Shown: positions 1-15,300 of the stretch, in pieces
How the letters are laid out: each line of letters starts with the position of its first letter
Position numbering within the stretch: position 1 is the first letter of the stretch
From: Macrostomum lignano
Lineage: Eukaryota
DNA: 64,000 nt
Direction: 5' to 3'
Assembly: GCA_002269645.1 (NCBI GenBank)
Contig: NIVC01000518.1
Location: forward strand, 51,415 to 115,414
Position numbers and translations under genes: made by a program
Notes under the pieces: generated by a model
The model's input: only the letters and a program-made list of their open reading frames with translations
The model's database searches: none
Told to the model about the DNA's origin: nothing

Positions 1-12
1 AGCAGAGAGGGT

Positions 13-1113
13 ATGGAACTGTTTACGCACATCCTAACCGAATACGCTATGCAGCTTGATCGAGAGCAAGACTTCGTTGTCATGGGAATCTTTCTCGGAT
101 CCCTTTCAAAGCGATGGTCTGTGAAGGAGATAAGTGAGCGCAAGGCCACGTTTATTACTGAAATAGAACGAGTTCTAATTTTGAAAGAGAACATTTTTCT
201 GAAGCTCTACGCTCAGTACGATTGGCGCTACATCTGCGTCACAAAGTACTTCCGGTATCGCTACGTGAGCTTCGACAAGACCGAATACGTCAAATTCTTC
301 GACGAGATTCCAACGGAACCGTATCAGAGCATCTTCTTCGATCAAGAAAAGGCGGCATTTCACTTCAAGCGAGGCGGCGCTCATGAGTGCTGCGATCCAT
401 TCATTGGCCCGGCCATCCGGCAGAGCATGCTGTACGCCGACGCTCAAATTGCCGAATGCCACCGACGCCAGGACTTCTTCGGCGTGCACCGCTGGCTGCT
501 ATTGAAATCGTTGGCTAGCAAAGGTGGAAATAACGTAGCAGAAGGCTGGCGCATGATGCATTCAACTGCTTCGGAATTGAATTTTCTCAATTGCATCAAC
601 AAGGCTCTGCAAGATCTGATACTCTACGTACTCTCGGACATGACATTCGCTCAGACTAAAGACGATGAAGAACCAGTGGATCTATACCAATATGGCATTG
701 ACGAAGCCCTGTTCGCCTCTACTTATGCTGGCTACTATCACAAGCTGATGGAGGTTCTTAGCAACCCGCTATCCTTTGCTCCTAGCAGTATGTCGGAATT
801 TTTGCGTCGCAAACTCAACTTCATCAGTGTTCAGTCTTATCGAGGCAACTGCGTACTGAAGATTGAGTCGCAAAGTATCCGCGTACTGGAGGAGGTCCGC
901 CAAGCCACGATGTCAGTGGAGAACGCGGTGGCTGCGGACATGCACCAGTGCTGTCCGGAGGCGCGCGAAAGCGTAGCCAAAATTCTGGCGCAGACGGCGC
1001 AGAAGCGACCGAGCGCCGAGGAGAGAAGCGACGCCACTGTAGCTGTCCAAGTGCCGAAAGCCACCGCGGCTGATCACCAAAACGAATGGCATCAAGATTT
1101 GTACAATTTTTGA
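13..1113 (+). CDS. Unassigned 366-aa ORF, probably a terminal exon or single-exon gene; may extend beyond the window start
   Basis: Long non-repetitive ORF with ordinary composition. The frame is also open from base 1 to 12. An AT-rich tail follows with AATAAA at 1387 and 1444. No domain recognised. Confidence 0.65.
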   Translation: MELFTHILTEYAMQLDREQDFVVMGIFLGSLSKRWSVKEISERKATFITEIERVLILKENIFLKLYAQYDWRYICVTKYFRYRYVSFDKTEYVKFFDEIPTEPYQSIFFDQEKAAFHFKRGGAHECCDPFIGPAIRQSMLYADAQIAECHRRQDFFGVHRWLLLKSLASKGGNNVAEGWRMMHSTASELNFLNCINKALQDLILYVLSDMTFAQTKDDEEPVDLYQYGIDEALFASTYAGYYHKLMEVLSNPLSFAPSSMSEFLRRKLNFISVQSYRGNCVLKIESQSIRVLEEVRQATMSVENAVAADMHQCCPEARESVAKILAQTAQKRPSAEERSDATVAVQVPKATAADHQNEWHQDLYNF

Positions 1114-1903
1114 GTAACTTTTTGCCTTATTTTCCTTTTAGTTGCTACGTACTAACGCTTACTGCTAATAGTAGAAGGTTGCGATTGCACTTACTTACTA
1201 GAGAATAATTATTTTAGATCGGCATTTGCTCGAAATTTGCGTAGCAACGAAAAAATTTTTTAATTAAAAAATAATTTGACGCGTGACAATACCTGAGAAG
1301 AGAAATCTCTTAGTGCAACACTTCTTTTCGTAGTGTCTCCAGTGTCTTGTGTCTCGTGAATATTTTTTTATAATCAACTTTTGGCTAATAAAAAAATCCA
1401 TATAGACCAGCGGGTAATGTCGTTTTTTAATCACTATTATATAAATAAACTTTATACCGGAATATAGCTTGTATATGTAAGCATATTAGCTCGTAGATCT
1501 CCTGCTTATTGCTTGCTTACATTTTTCTTGGATACAGACAGCTGAAAGTGTCCTTATTCTTAAACTACTACGATACAATTGGTAAAATGATACACTCTAA
1601 TTAGCTGTGCAGCTATAGCAGAAGTACTTTCCCAGAATGCTGTAGAGTTATCTTTCCAAGTCTGCCTTTCCGAAAGCCCCAAGCATCTGAATCGAGTGAC
1701 TATGGATGACCGCACGTGACCCCAGGAAATCTATTTATGGTAATGTTCAGTTCAGTGCTGAATCTCTTGCTGTCTTTCAGCATTGCTTTGTTTAAAATTA
1801 ATTATGTGTCACCTGCTTCAATATGTGAGCGTCATACCGATACCGGAATGTACATTATATTAGCATACAAAAAGATGGAAAAATGTTTGCACTAACTGAT
1901 AAA

Positions 1904-2054
1904 CAGGGGCGCATCCAGGGAGAAAGGTGGGACTACTATGGCGCCTGGCGTTAGCGCCCACGATGGCGCCCACGATGACGCCCCCACGATGGCGCTAGCT
2001 ACCGGTAGGTGTACTCCTCCTAGTTCTAATAAAACTTCCGCATATACGCCCCTG
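1904..2054. mobile_element. Small MITE-like element (CAGGGGCG...CGCCCCTG termini)
   Basis: Left end CAGGGGCGCAT, right end ATACGCCCCTG (inverted match), internal CCCACGATGGCG-like triplication. No clean TSD (CTGATAAA vs CAAAGAAA). Confidence 0.5.
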
Positions 2055-3339
2055 CAAAGAAAACATTGAAATCTAGGAATTTTTATAGGTATCGCAGTCT
2101 CAGAATTCCATCGATTATTTGCAAACATATAGATTAAATATTCTAAACGCTTGGCTTGACTTTTTACTTTGAAAATGATGATGGGCGAGGAAAGTCTATC
2201 CGAAGATTAAGCCATGCGTTAGAATTAGCCTTCAGAATTATAATTAGAGGCTTAAGTCTATAGTCATAGTCAGTCAGCTGATTGAATGGAGTCTGGGGTG
2301 GGGATGGGCTGGATGTCGGGTGACGGTCCGCTTGCGTTAAGCTGAACTGCGGGAGCGCACAAACAAGCAGCTTCCTGCCAGCCTGCCCGCGCCCGCCTTG
2401 GGGTGGGGCCTGGGCGGACGGGGGGTTGGGCCCGGGAGTGAGGATAGAGAGGTTTGGTTTTGAGGGGCGACCCCGGCGAGAACAGTCTAAAAAGAAACGG
2501 GGGAGTGGAGACTCCCTCGACTATGTACATACGAACCTCCCCCCAGGGGTTCAATGTACACACCGGCGCCCAGGCCAGAAAAGAGGGAGTGAGTGGGTTA
2601 ACTTGAACAGCTGAAATTGGATGGGGTGAATGTACACGCTCAACGGGCGTGGTAATATATATTACGCTGCAATGGGCCAAAGCCAACGTTATAAAGGCGC
2701 TCAAATCGGGGGTGGGGGTTGGGGGCCTTGAGGCAAAGGTTGTGGGTGGGCGGACGCCGGACGCACACGGAGAAGATTAAAGCAAAATGGGGAGGCGAGG
2801 AGGAGAGAAACAGGGAAGAAAGGAAAGCAGGGCTTGACAGGAGAGCTTGAATAGCAGAAACTTTTGAGTAGCTGTAGGTGCAGTAGAGAACAGCTGTACA
2901 TAGCAGAACTCTTTTCAAGCCCTGCTTCTGGTTAGGCCAACAATAGTTCTCAATTCACCCCTTTAATTATATTGCACACGCTATTGTACTCGACTAACGA
3001 CCAATTGTTGTAATTCTATATTTTCCTTGCACAAGCAGGACTGTCCTGACATTATTACTTTGCTTTGCTTTTGCGCTTGGTTTCAATGCATGTATAAAAC
3101 GTGAACTACCCCCTAGTCTGCACTGAAGACAACTTTAATTAAAGTATCCAGTGCTATAATTAGGACTATGGCTGATCTCAATAGCCGATTGGGCAAATTC
3201 GTCAGTAGACTTCATTGTAAACTAAACTTAAAAAAACTGTTTTAAATTAACTTTGCGGACTAAGACAGTCGCGTCAGGATGTACGGTAAGTTATATTTAT
3301 TAAAATTGCTTATTAACGAATGCTGTATGGCTTTAGAAA

Positions 3340-4132
3340 TGGGTTATTAGGTAACCACAAATTGTTTATTAGGCGCAAAAATGGTTTTTGAGGTGCCGAG
3401 CAAAGGTTATTAGGTACTCAAATTGTTTATTAGGCGTTAAAATGGTTTATTAGTCGCCAAAGTGGTTTTTTAGGTGCTAAGATTGTTTATTAGGCGCTAA
3501 AATTGTTTAATAGGCGCTGAAATGGTTTTTGAGGTGCCGAACAAAGGTTATTAGGTACTCAAATTGTTTTTTAGGCGCTAAAGTGGTTAATTAGGCGCTA
3601 AAATGGTTTATTAGGCGCTAAAATAGTTTATTAGGCGCCAAAGTGGTTTATAAAGTGCCAAGATTGTTTATTAGGCGCTAAAATTGTTTTAGGCGCTAAA
3701 ATTGTTTTTAGGCGCTAAACTGGTTTACTAAGCGCTAAAATAGTTTATTTTGCGTTAAAATAGCTTATTAGGCAACAAAGAGTGTTTATTAGGCACAGGA
3801 AAAAGTTTATTAGGCGCCGGAAAAAGTTTATTAGGCACTAAAGTGGTTTATTAGGCGCTAAAATGGTTTATTAGGCGCCAAAGTGGTTTATTAGGCGCTA
3901 AAATGGTTTATTAGGCGCCAAAGTGGTTTATTAGGTGCTAAGATTGTTTATTTAATCGCTAAAATTGTTTAATAGGCGCTGAAATGGTTTGTTTAAAAGT
4001 TTATTAGGCGCCGGAAAAAGTTTATTAGGCGCTAAACTGGTTTGTTAGGCGCTAAGTGATTTATTAAGCGTTAAATTGGTTTATTAGGCGCTAGAATGAT
4101 TTATTAGGCGCTAAAAACTGTTTTTTAGGCGC
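3340..4132. repeat. ~20-bp minisatellite (TAGGCGCTAAAATGGTTTAT-like), degenerate
   Basis: Tandem copies visible directly. Confidence 0.9.
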
Positions 4133-4799
4133 CACAGCCAGGGATTATGCATAAACAACACAGTATTAGTTTGTTTTTTAATTTTTTTGTGAGCGATAAA
4201 ATTTTCGGTGTGTGTTTTTAAAACAAATTTCTGCATTTTGTTAATACGCTTTTCAATTTATTTTATTCGAATGGCTAAAAAGTTACAATGACGAATTATC
4301 AAACAATTTTCAAGTATGCCTCAGTCATGCTAAAAATACCTGATTCTCTAAGGTAGAATCAAAGCACCTTGAATTAACTTAGACGCACATGAAGTTTCTA
4401 TTGCAGCAAGAAATTTAAGAAAAAGTCACTAAGAAAGACAGACAGAAGGCAAAAATATCGATCTCTCAAGTCCTGTCCTCTACGATCGATTCGCGCGGAG
4501 TGAGACGATCACAGGATTAGCAACAGGCCACGTGTCTATCATGCAGGCTATTCTGCGTTTGTCAATTGCTTCTAGAAGCAATGCAATGCCAGAATTTTAG
4601 CTTCGTTAATAAGGGGGTAGAGCGATTGAGTGTTTCAATAGTCTGCAGTCAGTCAGTTGGTCTACTGAACGTATAACCAACTGAAACGTTTACTGCATTA
4701 GGCAAACTTTAATTCAACTACGAGCCACACGTAAAATTGTAAGCCTTATCCGGTGCGTTGTTTGGATTTGCATTTGAGCTATAACGTTATCTATATTGA

Positions 4800-7649
<2,850 letters not shown>

Positions 7650-10600
7650 CAAGCTGTTGAAACCCGCGGATTTTGAACCCGGTGAATTCCAATCCCGGAA
7701 CTATTTTTCCATGTTTTCTGAAATCTGAGGCCATACTCAAACAAAAACTTGTTAATAGTTAGTAGGATAGAGATAGACATCAAATGGAGTACATTTGTGT
7801 AAAATTAGAATTTGAGTCAAACATTGATCTAGTTGGCTGGGGTGCTTTTTACTTTAAATAGGCAGTTAATGTCTGTCTGACTCTAAAACATGTATCGGCA
7901 AACTCTGGCCTCTGCCTCTTACTCTCCCTACGTCCCTTGGATCCTTTGAAACTTCTATCTTCTCTTCTGTTTCCTCTCTTCTCTCGTCCCTCGTCTCTCC
8001 TCTCTGCTCTCTCTCCTCTCCTCTCTTCTCTTTTTCCTCTTTCCTCTCTCCCCTCTTTTCTCTTCTTTTTAATCTCTCTTATCTCATGTCTTTTCTCTTC
8101 TTTTCTCTTTCCTCTCCTCCCACTCTTCTCTCGTCTTATCCTTCACCTCTCCTCTCTCTCGTCTTTATTTGCTCTCTGATCTCTCCTTTCTCTTCTCTCT
8201 CTTCTCTTTTATCTCTTTTCATTTCTCTCTGCTTCCCCCTCTCTCTGCTTCCCCCCTCTCTCTCTCTGCTTCCCCCTCTCTCTCTCTGCTTCCCCCCTCT
8301 CTCTGCTTCCCCCCTCTCTCTCTCTGCTTCCCCCCTCTCTCTCTCTGCTTCCCCCCTCTCTCTCTGCTCCCCCTCTCTCTCTCTCTGCTTCCCCCTCTCT
8401 CTCTCTGCTTCCCCCTCTCTCTCTCTCTGCTTCCCCCTCTCTCTCTGCTTCCCCCTCTCTCTCTGCTTCCCCCCTCTCTCTCTGCTTCCCCCCCTCTCTC
8501 TCTGCTTCCCCCCTCTCTCTCTCTGCTTCCCCCTCTCTCTCTCTGCTTCCCCCCCTCTCTCTCTGCTTCCCCCCTCTCTCTCTGCTTCCCCCCCTCTCTC
8601 TCTGCTTCCCCCTCTCTCTCTGCTTCCCCCTCTCTCTCTGCTTCCCCCTCTCTCTCTGCTTCCCCCCTCTCTCTCTGCTTCCCCCTCTCTCTCCCTCTGC
8701 TTCCCCCTCTCTCTCTCTGCTTCCCCCTCTCTCTCTCTGCTCCCCCTCTCTCTCTGCTTCCCCCTCTCTCTCTGCTTCCCCCCCTCTCTCTCTCTCTCTC
8801 TGCTTCCCCCTCTCTCTCTCTGCTTCCCCCTCTCTCTCTCTCTCTCTGCTTCCCCTCTCTCTCTCTCTGCTTCCCCCCTCTCTCTCTGCTTACCCCTCTC
8901 TCTCTGCTTCCCCCTCTCTCTCTCTCTGCTTCCCCCTTCTCTCTCTCTGCTTCCCCCTCTCTCTCTGCTTCCCCCTCTCTCTCTCTGCTTCCCCCCTCTC
9001 TCTCTGCTTCCCCCTCTCTCTGCTTCCCCCTCTCTCTCTGCTTCCCCCCTCTCTCTTATCTCTCCTCTCCCATCTTTCTTCTCCTCTCTACTCTCTCCCC
9101 TCCATTCTCCTCTTTTCTCTCCTCTCGCCTCACTCACATCTCTCTCCCTTTATCTCTCCTCTCGTCTCTGTAATCTCTTCTCTCTTATCTCTCCTCTGTT
9201 CTCTCTACTCTCCCATCTCTCGTCTGTTCATTTTCGTCTCTGCTCTCAGCTCATCCCCCCTCTTTCATCTGTCATCTTTACTGTCTTATATGTTCTCTCA
9301 TTCTGTCCTCTCTGTACTCTTTTCTTTCACCTCTTTTGTCTCCTCACTTTCCTTTCTCCTTTCTTCTATTCTCTTCCCTCTTCTATATACTCTCTCCCTC
9401 TCTTGTCTCGTCTCTTCTCTCTCCCTCTCCTCCTTTATCTCTCATCTCTCATCTCTCATCTCATCTCTCCTTACACCTCTCTCATCTGTACAACCTTATC
9501 TCTTCTCTCTTCCAAGTTCCATTTACTCTCTCATCTCTCCTTTCTCCTCTTTACTAACTCCTCTCTGCTCTTCTCTCTGCTCTCCTCTCATCAGCAGCTC
9601 TCTGCTCTCTCCTCTCTACTCGCTCCTCTACTCTCTCCTCTCTACTCGCTCTTCTACTCTCTCCTCTCTACTCGCTCCTCTCTACTCGCTCCTCTCATCG
9701 TCCTCACTCCCTCATCTCTCCTATTATCTTTTATCTTTTCTCTTATTCTCTCTCTCACCTCTCCTCTCTTTTCGAATAGTCTATTCCTTCTTCTCTCCAC
9801 TCTCAACTGCCCCTCAGCCATAAGCTGGATTCTTTTCTGGCCTTTGAGGTAAAAGTCTGCCCATTCCTGCTTGGAAAGCCAGTTTGTGGGACGTAGTACT
9901 CTCATGGCTGTTCTCATCCCTTGATCATGTCATCTTTCTTGCCAATTTGCAAGCCCTGAAAAGAATTTTTGTATCTTTAGCTCCACTACAGTCTGCATCA
10001 GTCTAACAACAAAAGGAAATACGCATTTCTTAGGAGGCCATTTAAATTTTAAAGTACTTTTAAGAGAAACTTAAAATTTCCATGGTGTGCCTAATTTAGT
10101 AGGGTTGTTTTTCATTGCATTGCATCGCCTTTTCATAAATATTTCGCTTTTACAAACCATTCTGGTTTGCCTCGATTTGCCAATTGCCATCCACTGTTAA
10201 ACTGCTGCAGAGTTTGCCAATACAGAGGGGAGGGCAGTGGTTAGAATTTCTCACTAAACTGTTATGGCTAAACGTAGCCTCTCCACTCTCGGGGTGCAGA
10301 GAAGGCTATAAATAAAGTTATTCCAAAACACTGTACATTCGCTATGTACATTCAGTCCTATCGCCTGACCCTTCGTCTGGCTCTGGGGGAATGAGTGAGT
10401 GAGTGGCACAAACAACAGAAAAAGCAGACAAACTTCACATGCTTACAGTTTCTTTTTCGGTTGAGTTACAGAGTTGAAACTTTACATTAAGATAGAGAAT
10501 GGGTCAATGAAGAATTGTGTCAAGTTTGAAGTTAATCGCTTCACATGGAGCAAACTTATGGCAGCTGAAAGTTAGTCAATTTTGAAACCCTTTTACACAT

Positions 10601-11032
10601 CTGGGCCCAGATCGGGATCGGGAAAGAGAGGCAGGCGGGTGGAGGTTGGGGTGGTTGCTACGCTGAAAAAAACAGCCAAACTTTAAAAGTGCACAGCGGC
10701 TTTCAGGATTAACTTTGAGATTTGAAATTTTACACGATTGTGTCAAAATAGTTGAAAATTGCCTGTGTCAAATTTGAAGAGAATCGGTAGAAGTGGAGCG
10801 GCGCTATGGAGGAATTAGTGAAAAAATCGCGCATTTTGAGCAGTTTTTTGTACTTTTAGGTAGGAAGACTCAAATTTAGGAAATTTAAAGGTAGCCTAAG
10901 ACATTCTCCGTAGTGAGTTTAGGGTGGGTGTAAAATTTGGTGTCATTTGGTTGAGCGGTTTGGGAGTCCATAGCGATCAAAATTGTCCACACACACACAC
11001 ACACACAGAGTTTTGATTTTTATAGGTAGAGA
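7650..11032 (-). mobile_element. Non-autonomous Helitron-like element, copy 2 (3383 bp), head-to-tail with copy 1
   Basis: Same termini (CAAGCTGTTGAAACCCGCGG ... TTTTGATTTTTATAGGTAGAGA on +). The unique portions align to copy 1. Its internal microsatellite is (CTCTCTCTGCTTCCCC)n-type. Confidence 0.7.
7950..9800. repeat. CT-rich tract with (CT)nGCTTCCCC minisatellite at about 8225-9050
   Basis: Seen directly. Confidence 0.95.
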
Positions 11033-11189
11033 TAATAATAAATTTGGAACCAGAAAATCAGAAACTGTTGAGTCACGAGAAACTTGCCTGTGAAAGCAAA
11101 CAGTGCGACCGTAAATACGGAGCCCTTTTGCTGACCTTTGTTCATCACTCCTGCTTATCTACGTTGCTTCCAGTGTCTCTTTTATTCTT

Positions 11190-11790
11190 CTGCCAGAATC
11201 TCTTCTTGAATCTCTTCCTGAATCTCTGCCTGAATCTCTTGACTATTCATGAATCTTTGCCTGAGTCTCTTCATGAATCTCTGCCTGAATCTCTTCCTGA
11301 ATCTCTTCCTGAATCTCTTCCTGAATCTCTGCCTGAATCTCTTCATGAATCTCTGCATAAATCTCTTCATGAATCTCTGCCTAAATCTCTTCCTGAATCT
11401 CTTCATGAATCTCTGCATAAATCTCTTCATGAATCTCTGCCTAAATCTCTTCCTGAATATCTTCCTGAATCTCTGCCTGAATCTCTTCATGAATCTCTGC
11501 CTGAATCTCTTCATGAATCTCTGCATAAATCTCTTCATGAATCTCTGCCTGAATCTCTTGACTCTTCATGAATCTTTGCCTGAGTCTCTTCATGAATCTC
11601 TGCCTGAATCTCTTCATGAATCTCTGCCTGAATCTCTGCCTGAATGTCTGCATGAATCTCTGCCGGAATCTCTGCCTGAATCTCTTCATGAATCTCTGCC
11701 TGAATCTCTTCATGAATCTCTGCCTGAATCTCTTCATGAATCTCTGCCTGAAACTCTTCATGAATCTCTACCTGAATCTCTGTCTGAATC
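11190..11790. repeat. 12-bp minisatellite (GAATCTCTTCAT / GAATCTCTGCCT)
   Basis: Tandem copies; gives the spurious ESLP/ESLH ORFs. Confidence 0.95.
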
Positions 11791-12009
11791 TAGCTTAATA
11801 GATCTCTACCTGAGTCTCGGCTTTAGTTTATTTAAAATTTCTAAAGTAGGAACCAGCCAGAGCCGAGCATGAACCCAATGACAACTTAGTGATTAAGTTG
11901 TCCTTGGAATGAACCATAAATGAGATTAGTCTATGGCCAAAATCCCTGTATGCTGGAAAGGAAAGCTGCAATGCACGCACGCATGTCAACTATATATTAG
12001 AGTAAAAAA

Positions 12010-12315
12010 ATGACAGCCAATGATGACTCAAACATTCTAAACCCTCAATTTACAAACTCAGTACGCATGGAAGAGCCACCGAAAGGTGACAGCTCAGAGG
12101 AGGACGAGGTGCGTCAGCAGTCTTCCCAAACGCAGTCGTTTCCTTCTGCAAGCCAGCAGCAACAGCAGCAGCAGGAGGAGGTTACTGCACCAGAAGAAGC
12201 AGAACGAGACAGTTCGAACATATCCGGCGATAAAAGCAGGAAAGTGAACGGCGGAAACATGCAGCAGATTCGAACCCTGATGTGGAAGCACTGTTTAGAA
12301 GAGATTCGGCAGCCA
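12010..12315 (+). CDS. ABCA exon 1 (acidic/Gln-rich N-terminal extension plus QIRTLMWKH..RQP)
   Basis: ATG at 12010; donor GTGAGT at 12316, phase 0. The true start could be a later ATG. Confidence 0.8.
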
Positions 12316-15300
12316 GTGAGTCTATTTTTTTCTTTACTGTTGGATTTTAATCAATGGGAAATGAGATCCTAGAATTCGGGATCAGGATCTTCAAGGGGCT
12401 CAGGTTTGGGATTGGGATATTGGGATTCAGGTTTGGGTTTCGAGGCGACCCTTGAGATTCGGGCCTTAAGCCTTAGTCTTGGCTTTAGTCTCCGGGATTT
12501 GACTCTTGGGATTCGGGAACTGGTGTCTTAGGATTCGGGACTGCTGGGATCTTGGGATTCGGGACTGTTGGGATCTTGGGATTCGGGACTGCTGGGATCT
12601 TGGGATTCGGGACTGGAATCTTGGGATTCGGAGACTGGGGATCTAGGGATTCGGGGACTGGGGATTTAGGGATTCGGGGACTGGGGATCTAGGGATTTGG
12701 GACTGGGGATCTAGGGATTCGGGACTGGGATCATGGGATTCTGGGACCTGGATTTGGGGATTCGGGGACTGGGGATTTAGGGATTCGGGGACTGGGGATC
12801 TTGGGATTCTGGGACCTGGATTTGGGGATTCTGGGACCTGGATTTGGGGATTCGGGAACTGGGATATTGGGATTCGGGGACTGGGATCTTGGGATTCGGG
12901 ACTGGGATCATGGGATTCGGAGACTGGGGATCTAGGGATTCGGGACTGGGATCATGGGATTCTGGGACCTGGATTTGGGGATTCGGGGACTGGGGATTTA
13001 GGGATTCGGGGACTGGGATCATGGGATTCTGGGACCTGGATTTGGGGATTCGGGAACTGGGATATTGGGATTCGGGGACTGGGGATCTTGGGATTCGGGA
13101 CGGGCGATCTTGGGATTCGGGACTGGGATATTGTGATTTGGATTTGGGTCTATGGATATACTCAATGATAACTAGTTCGTTTTTTTCAAACCCCTCATAT
13201 CTATGATAATAAAACATCCCAGGTGAAGCTGCTGGCCCAGTGCTGCATCCCGGTTGTCGTCATCTGTGTTCTGGTACTCGCACACGCGGTTACTAACCAA
13301 CAGAGAAGCTACTCGCACTGTGAGTTCATTAGTCAAATAGACTGCTCAGACACCCCAATCAAGCTTAGCTATAACATTAAACACAAAAATAACGTTGCTT
13401 TTTGCAGGCTTCTTTCAACCAAAAGCGCTGCCAACATCCGGCGTGCTGAGCTTCTTCCAGACTAAACTGTGCGACTGGAACAGCACCTGCCTGGACCGGG
13501 ACCACCCGGTGCGCGGGTCCGACCTGCGAGGCTTCAGGTCGCCCGAGAGGTGGCTGACCTTCTTTGTTATTTTATTAGTCTTCTGTCTCTAGGAGCTATA
13601 TATGCTTTGTTCTAATCTTCCTGTCTCTCAATGACATTCCTGTCTTAATCTACTTGTCTTTCAATGACATACCTGTCTTAATCTTCCTGTCTCTTAATGA
13701 CATACCTGTCCTAATCTTCCTGTCTCTTAATGACATACCTGTCTTAATCTTCCTGTCTCTTAATGACATACCTGTCTTAATCTATCTGTCTCTCAATGAC
13801 ATACCTGTCTTAATCTTCCTGTCTCTCAATGACATACCTGTCCTAATCTTCCTGTCTCTTAATGACATACCTGTCTTAATCTTCCTGTCTCTTAATGACA
13901 TACCTGTCTTAATCTATCTGTCTCTCAATGACATACCTGTCTTAATCTTCCTGTCTCTCAATGACATACCTGTCCTAATCTTCCTGTCTCTTAATTACAT
14001 TCCTGTCTTAATCTACCTGTCTCTTAATGACATACCTGTCTTAATCTACCTGTCTCTCAATGACATACCTGTCTTAATCTTCCTGTCTCTTAATGACATT
14101 CCTGTCTTAATCTACCTGTCTCTTAATGACATACCTGTCTTAATCTACCTGTCTCTTAATTACATTCCTGTCTTAATCTTCCTGTCTCTCAATGACACAC
14201 CTGGGGGCCGTAGCCCAGTGGTAGCGCAGCTGCTCTGGTGTGCCAGCGACCCAGGCTCGATTCCAAGTGCAGTCACATTAATTTGGGGCTGAATTAGAAT
14301 CTCGGCTTGGCTCTGCTCGTGCAATTAACGGCCTTGAGAGCCAACCCCCCAAGGCGCAGTGAAGTGTACATGCCTAACGATAATATAAAGTTAGGGCCGC
14401 TGTACACTCCTGTGTGAGTCTGTGCCTGCGTACGTATCCGCGCGCTTGTATGCCTGCTCAGGGGAGTCGGCGGAATGGGCAGTAATGCCTCTCGCCGGTT
14501 GTGTGCCAATGTCGCTTAAAGTGCGCCAGGGTGCACACAACCCCCCTTCCTCTAATAAAAAAATGACACACCTGTCTTAATCTTCCTGCCTCTCAATGAC
14601 ATACCTGTCCTAATCTATCTGTCTCTCAATTACATACCTGTCCTAATCTATCTGTCTCTCAATTACATACCTGTCTTAATCTACCTGTCTCTTAATGACA
14701 TACCTGGCTTAATCTACCTGTCTCTTAATGACATGCCTGGCTTAATCTACCTGTCTCTTAATGACATACCCGTCTTAATCTACCTGTCTCTCAATGACAC
14801 CTGTCCTAATCTATCTGTCTCTCAATTACATACCTGTCTTAATCTAATTGTCTTTTAATGACATACCTGTCTTAATCTACCCGTCTCTCAATGACATACC
14901 TGTCTTAATCTACCTGTACCATAATAAGTCCTGAATATTGACTGTCATTTAATCCTTTGTTAAATATTATTAATATTTAACCTGTGATATACTAATCTCA
15001 ATCTGATTGCAGACTAATCCAACTGATAGAGTACGCCAACGACAATGCCCAGTTCAACAATTTGCTGTTAGATTTCTTATCGAAAGTCCAGTCCAGGGCA
15101 CCGTACAGTCTGAACGATTTGCTCGAGATCGCCAGTCACTACTCGGGCTTGTTTAGCGAGGTAATTTATCAATACTCAGAATGTATAATTGTATAATTAG
15201 TTAGCCACATGGATCCTTTTGATATGAAAACATTGAGTATCTTGGGAAATTGATTCTGACTTCGCGTGTCCTTAGAGACTGTCAATGACCTTGAGTGTTA

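Noticed and set aside
11044-11872. ESLP/MKRF-repeat ORFs
   Set aside because: A 12-bp tandem repeat open in several frames on both strands; no splice or homology support.
14203-14275. tRNA gene
   Set aside because: Has A/B boxes but no proper cloverleaf or acceptor stem, and continues into a body, A-tail and TSD, so it is a SINE head.
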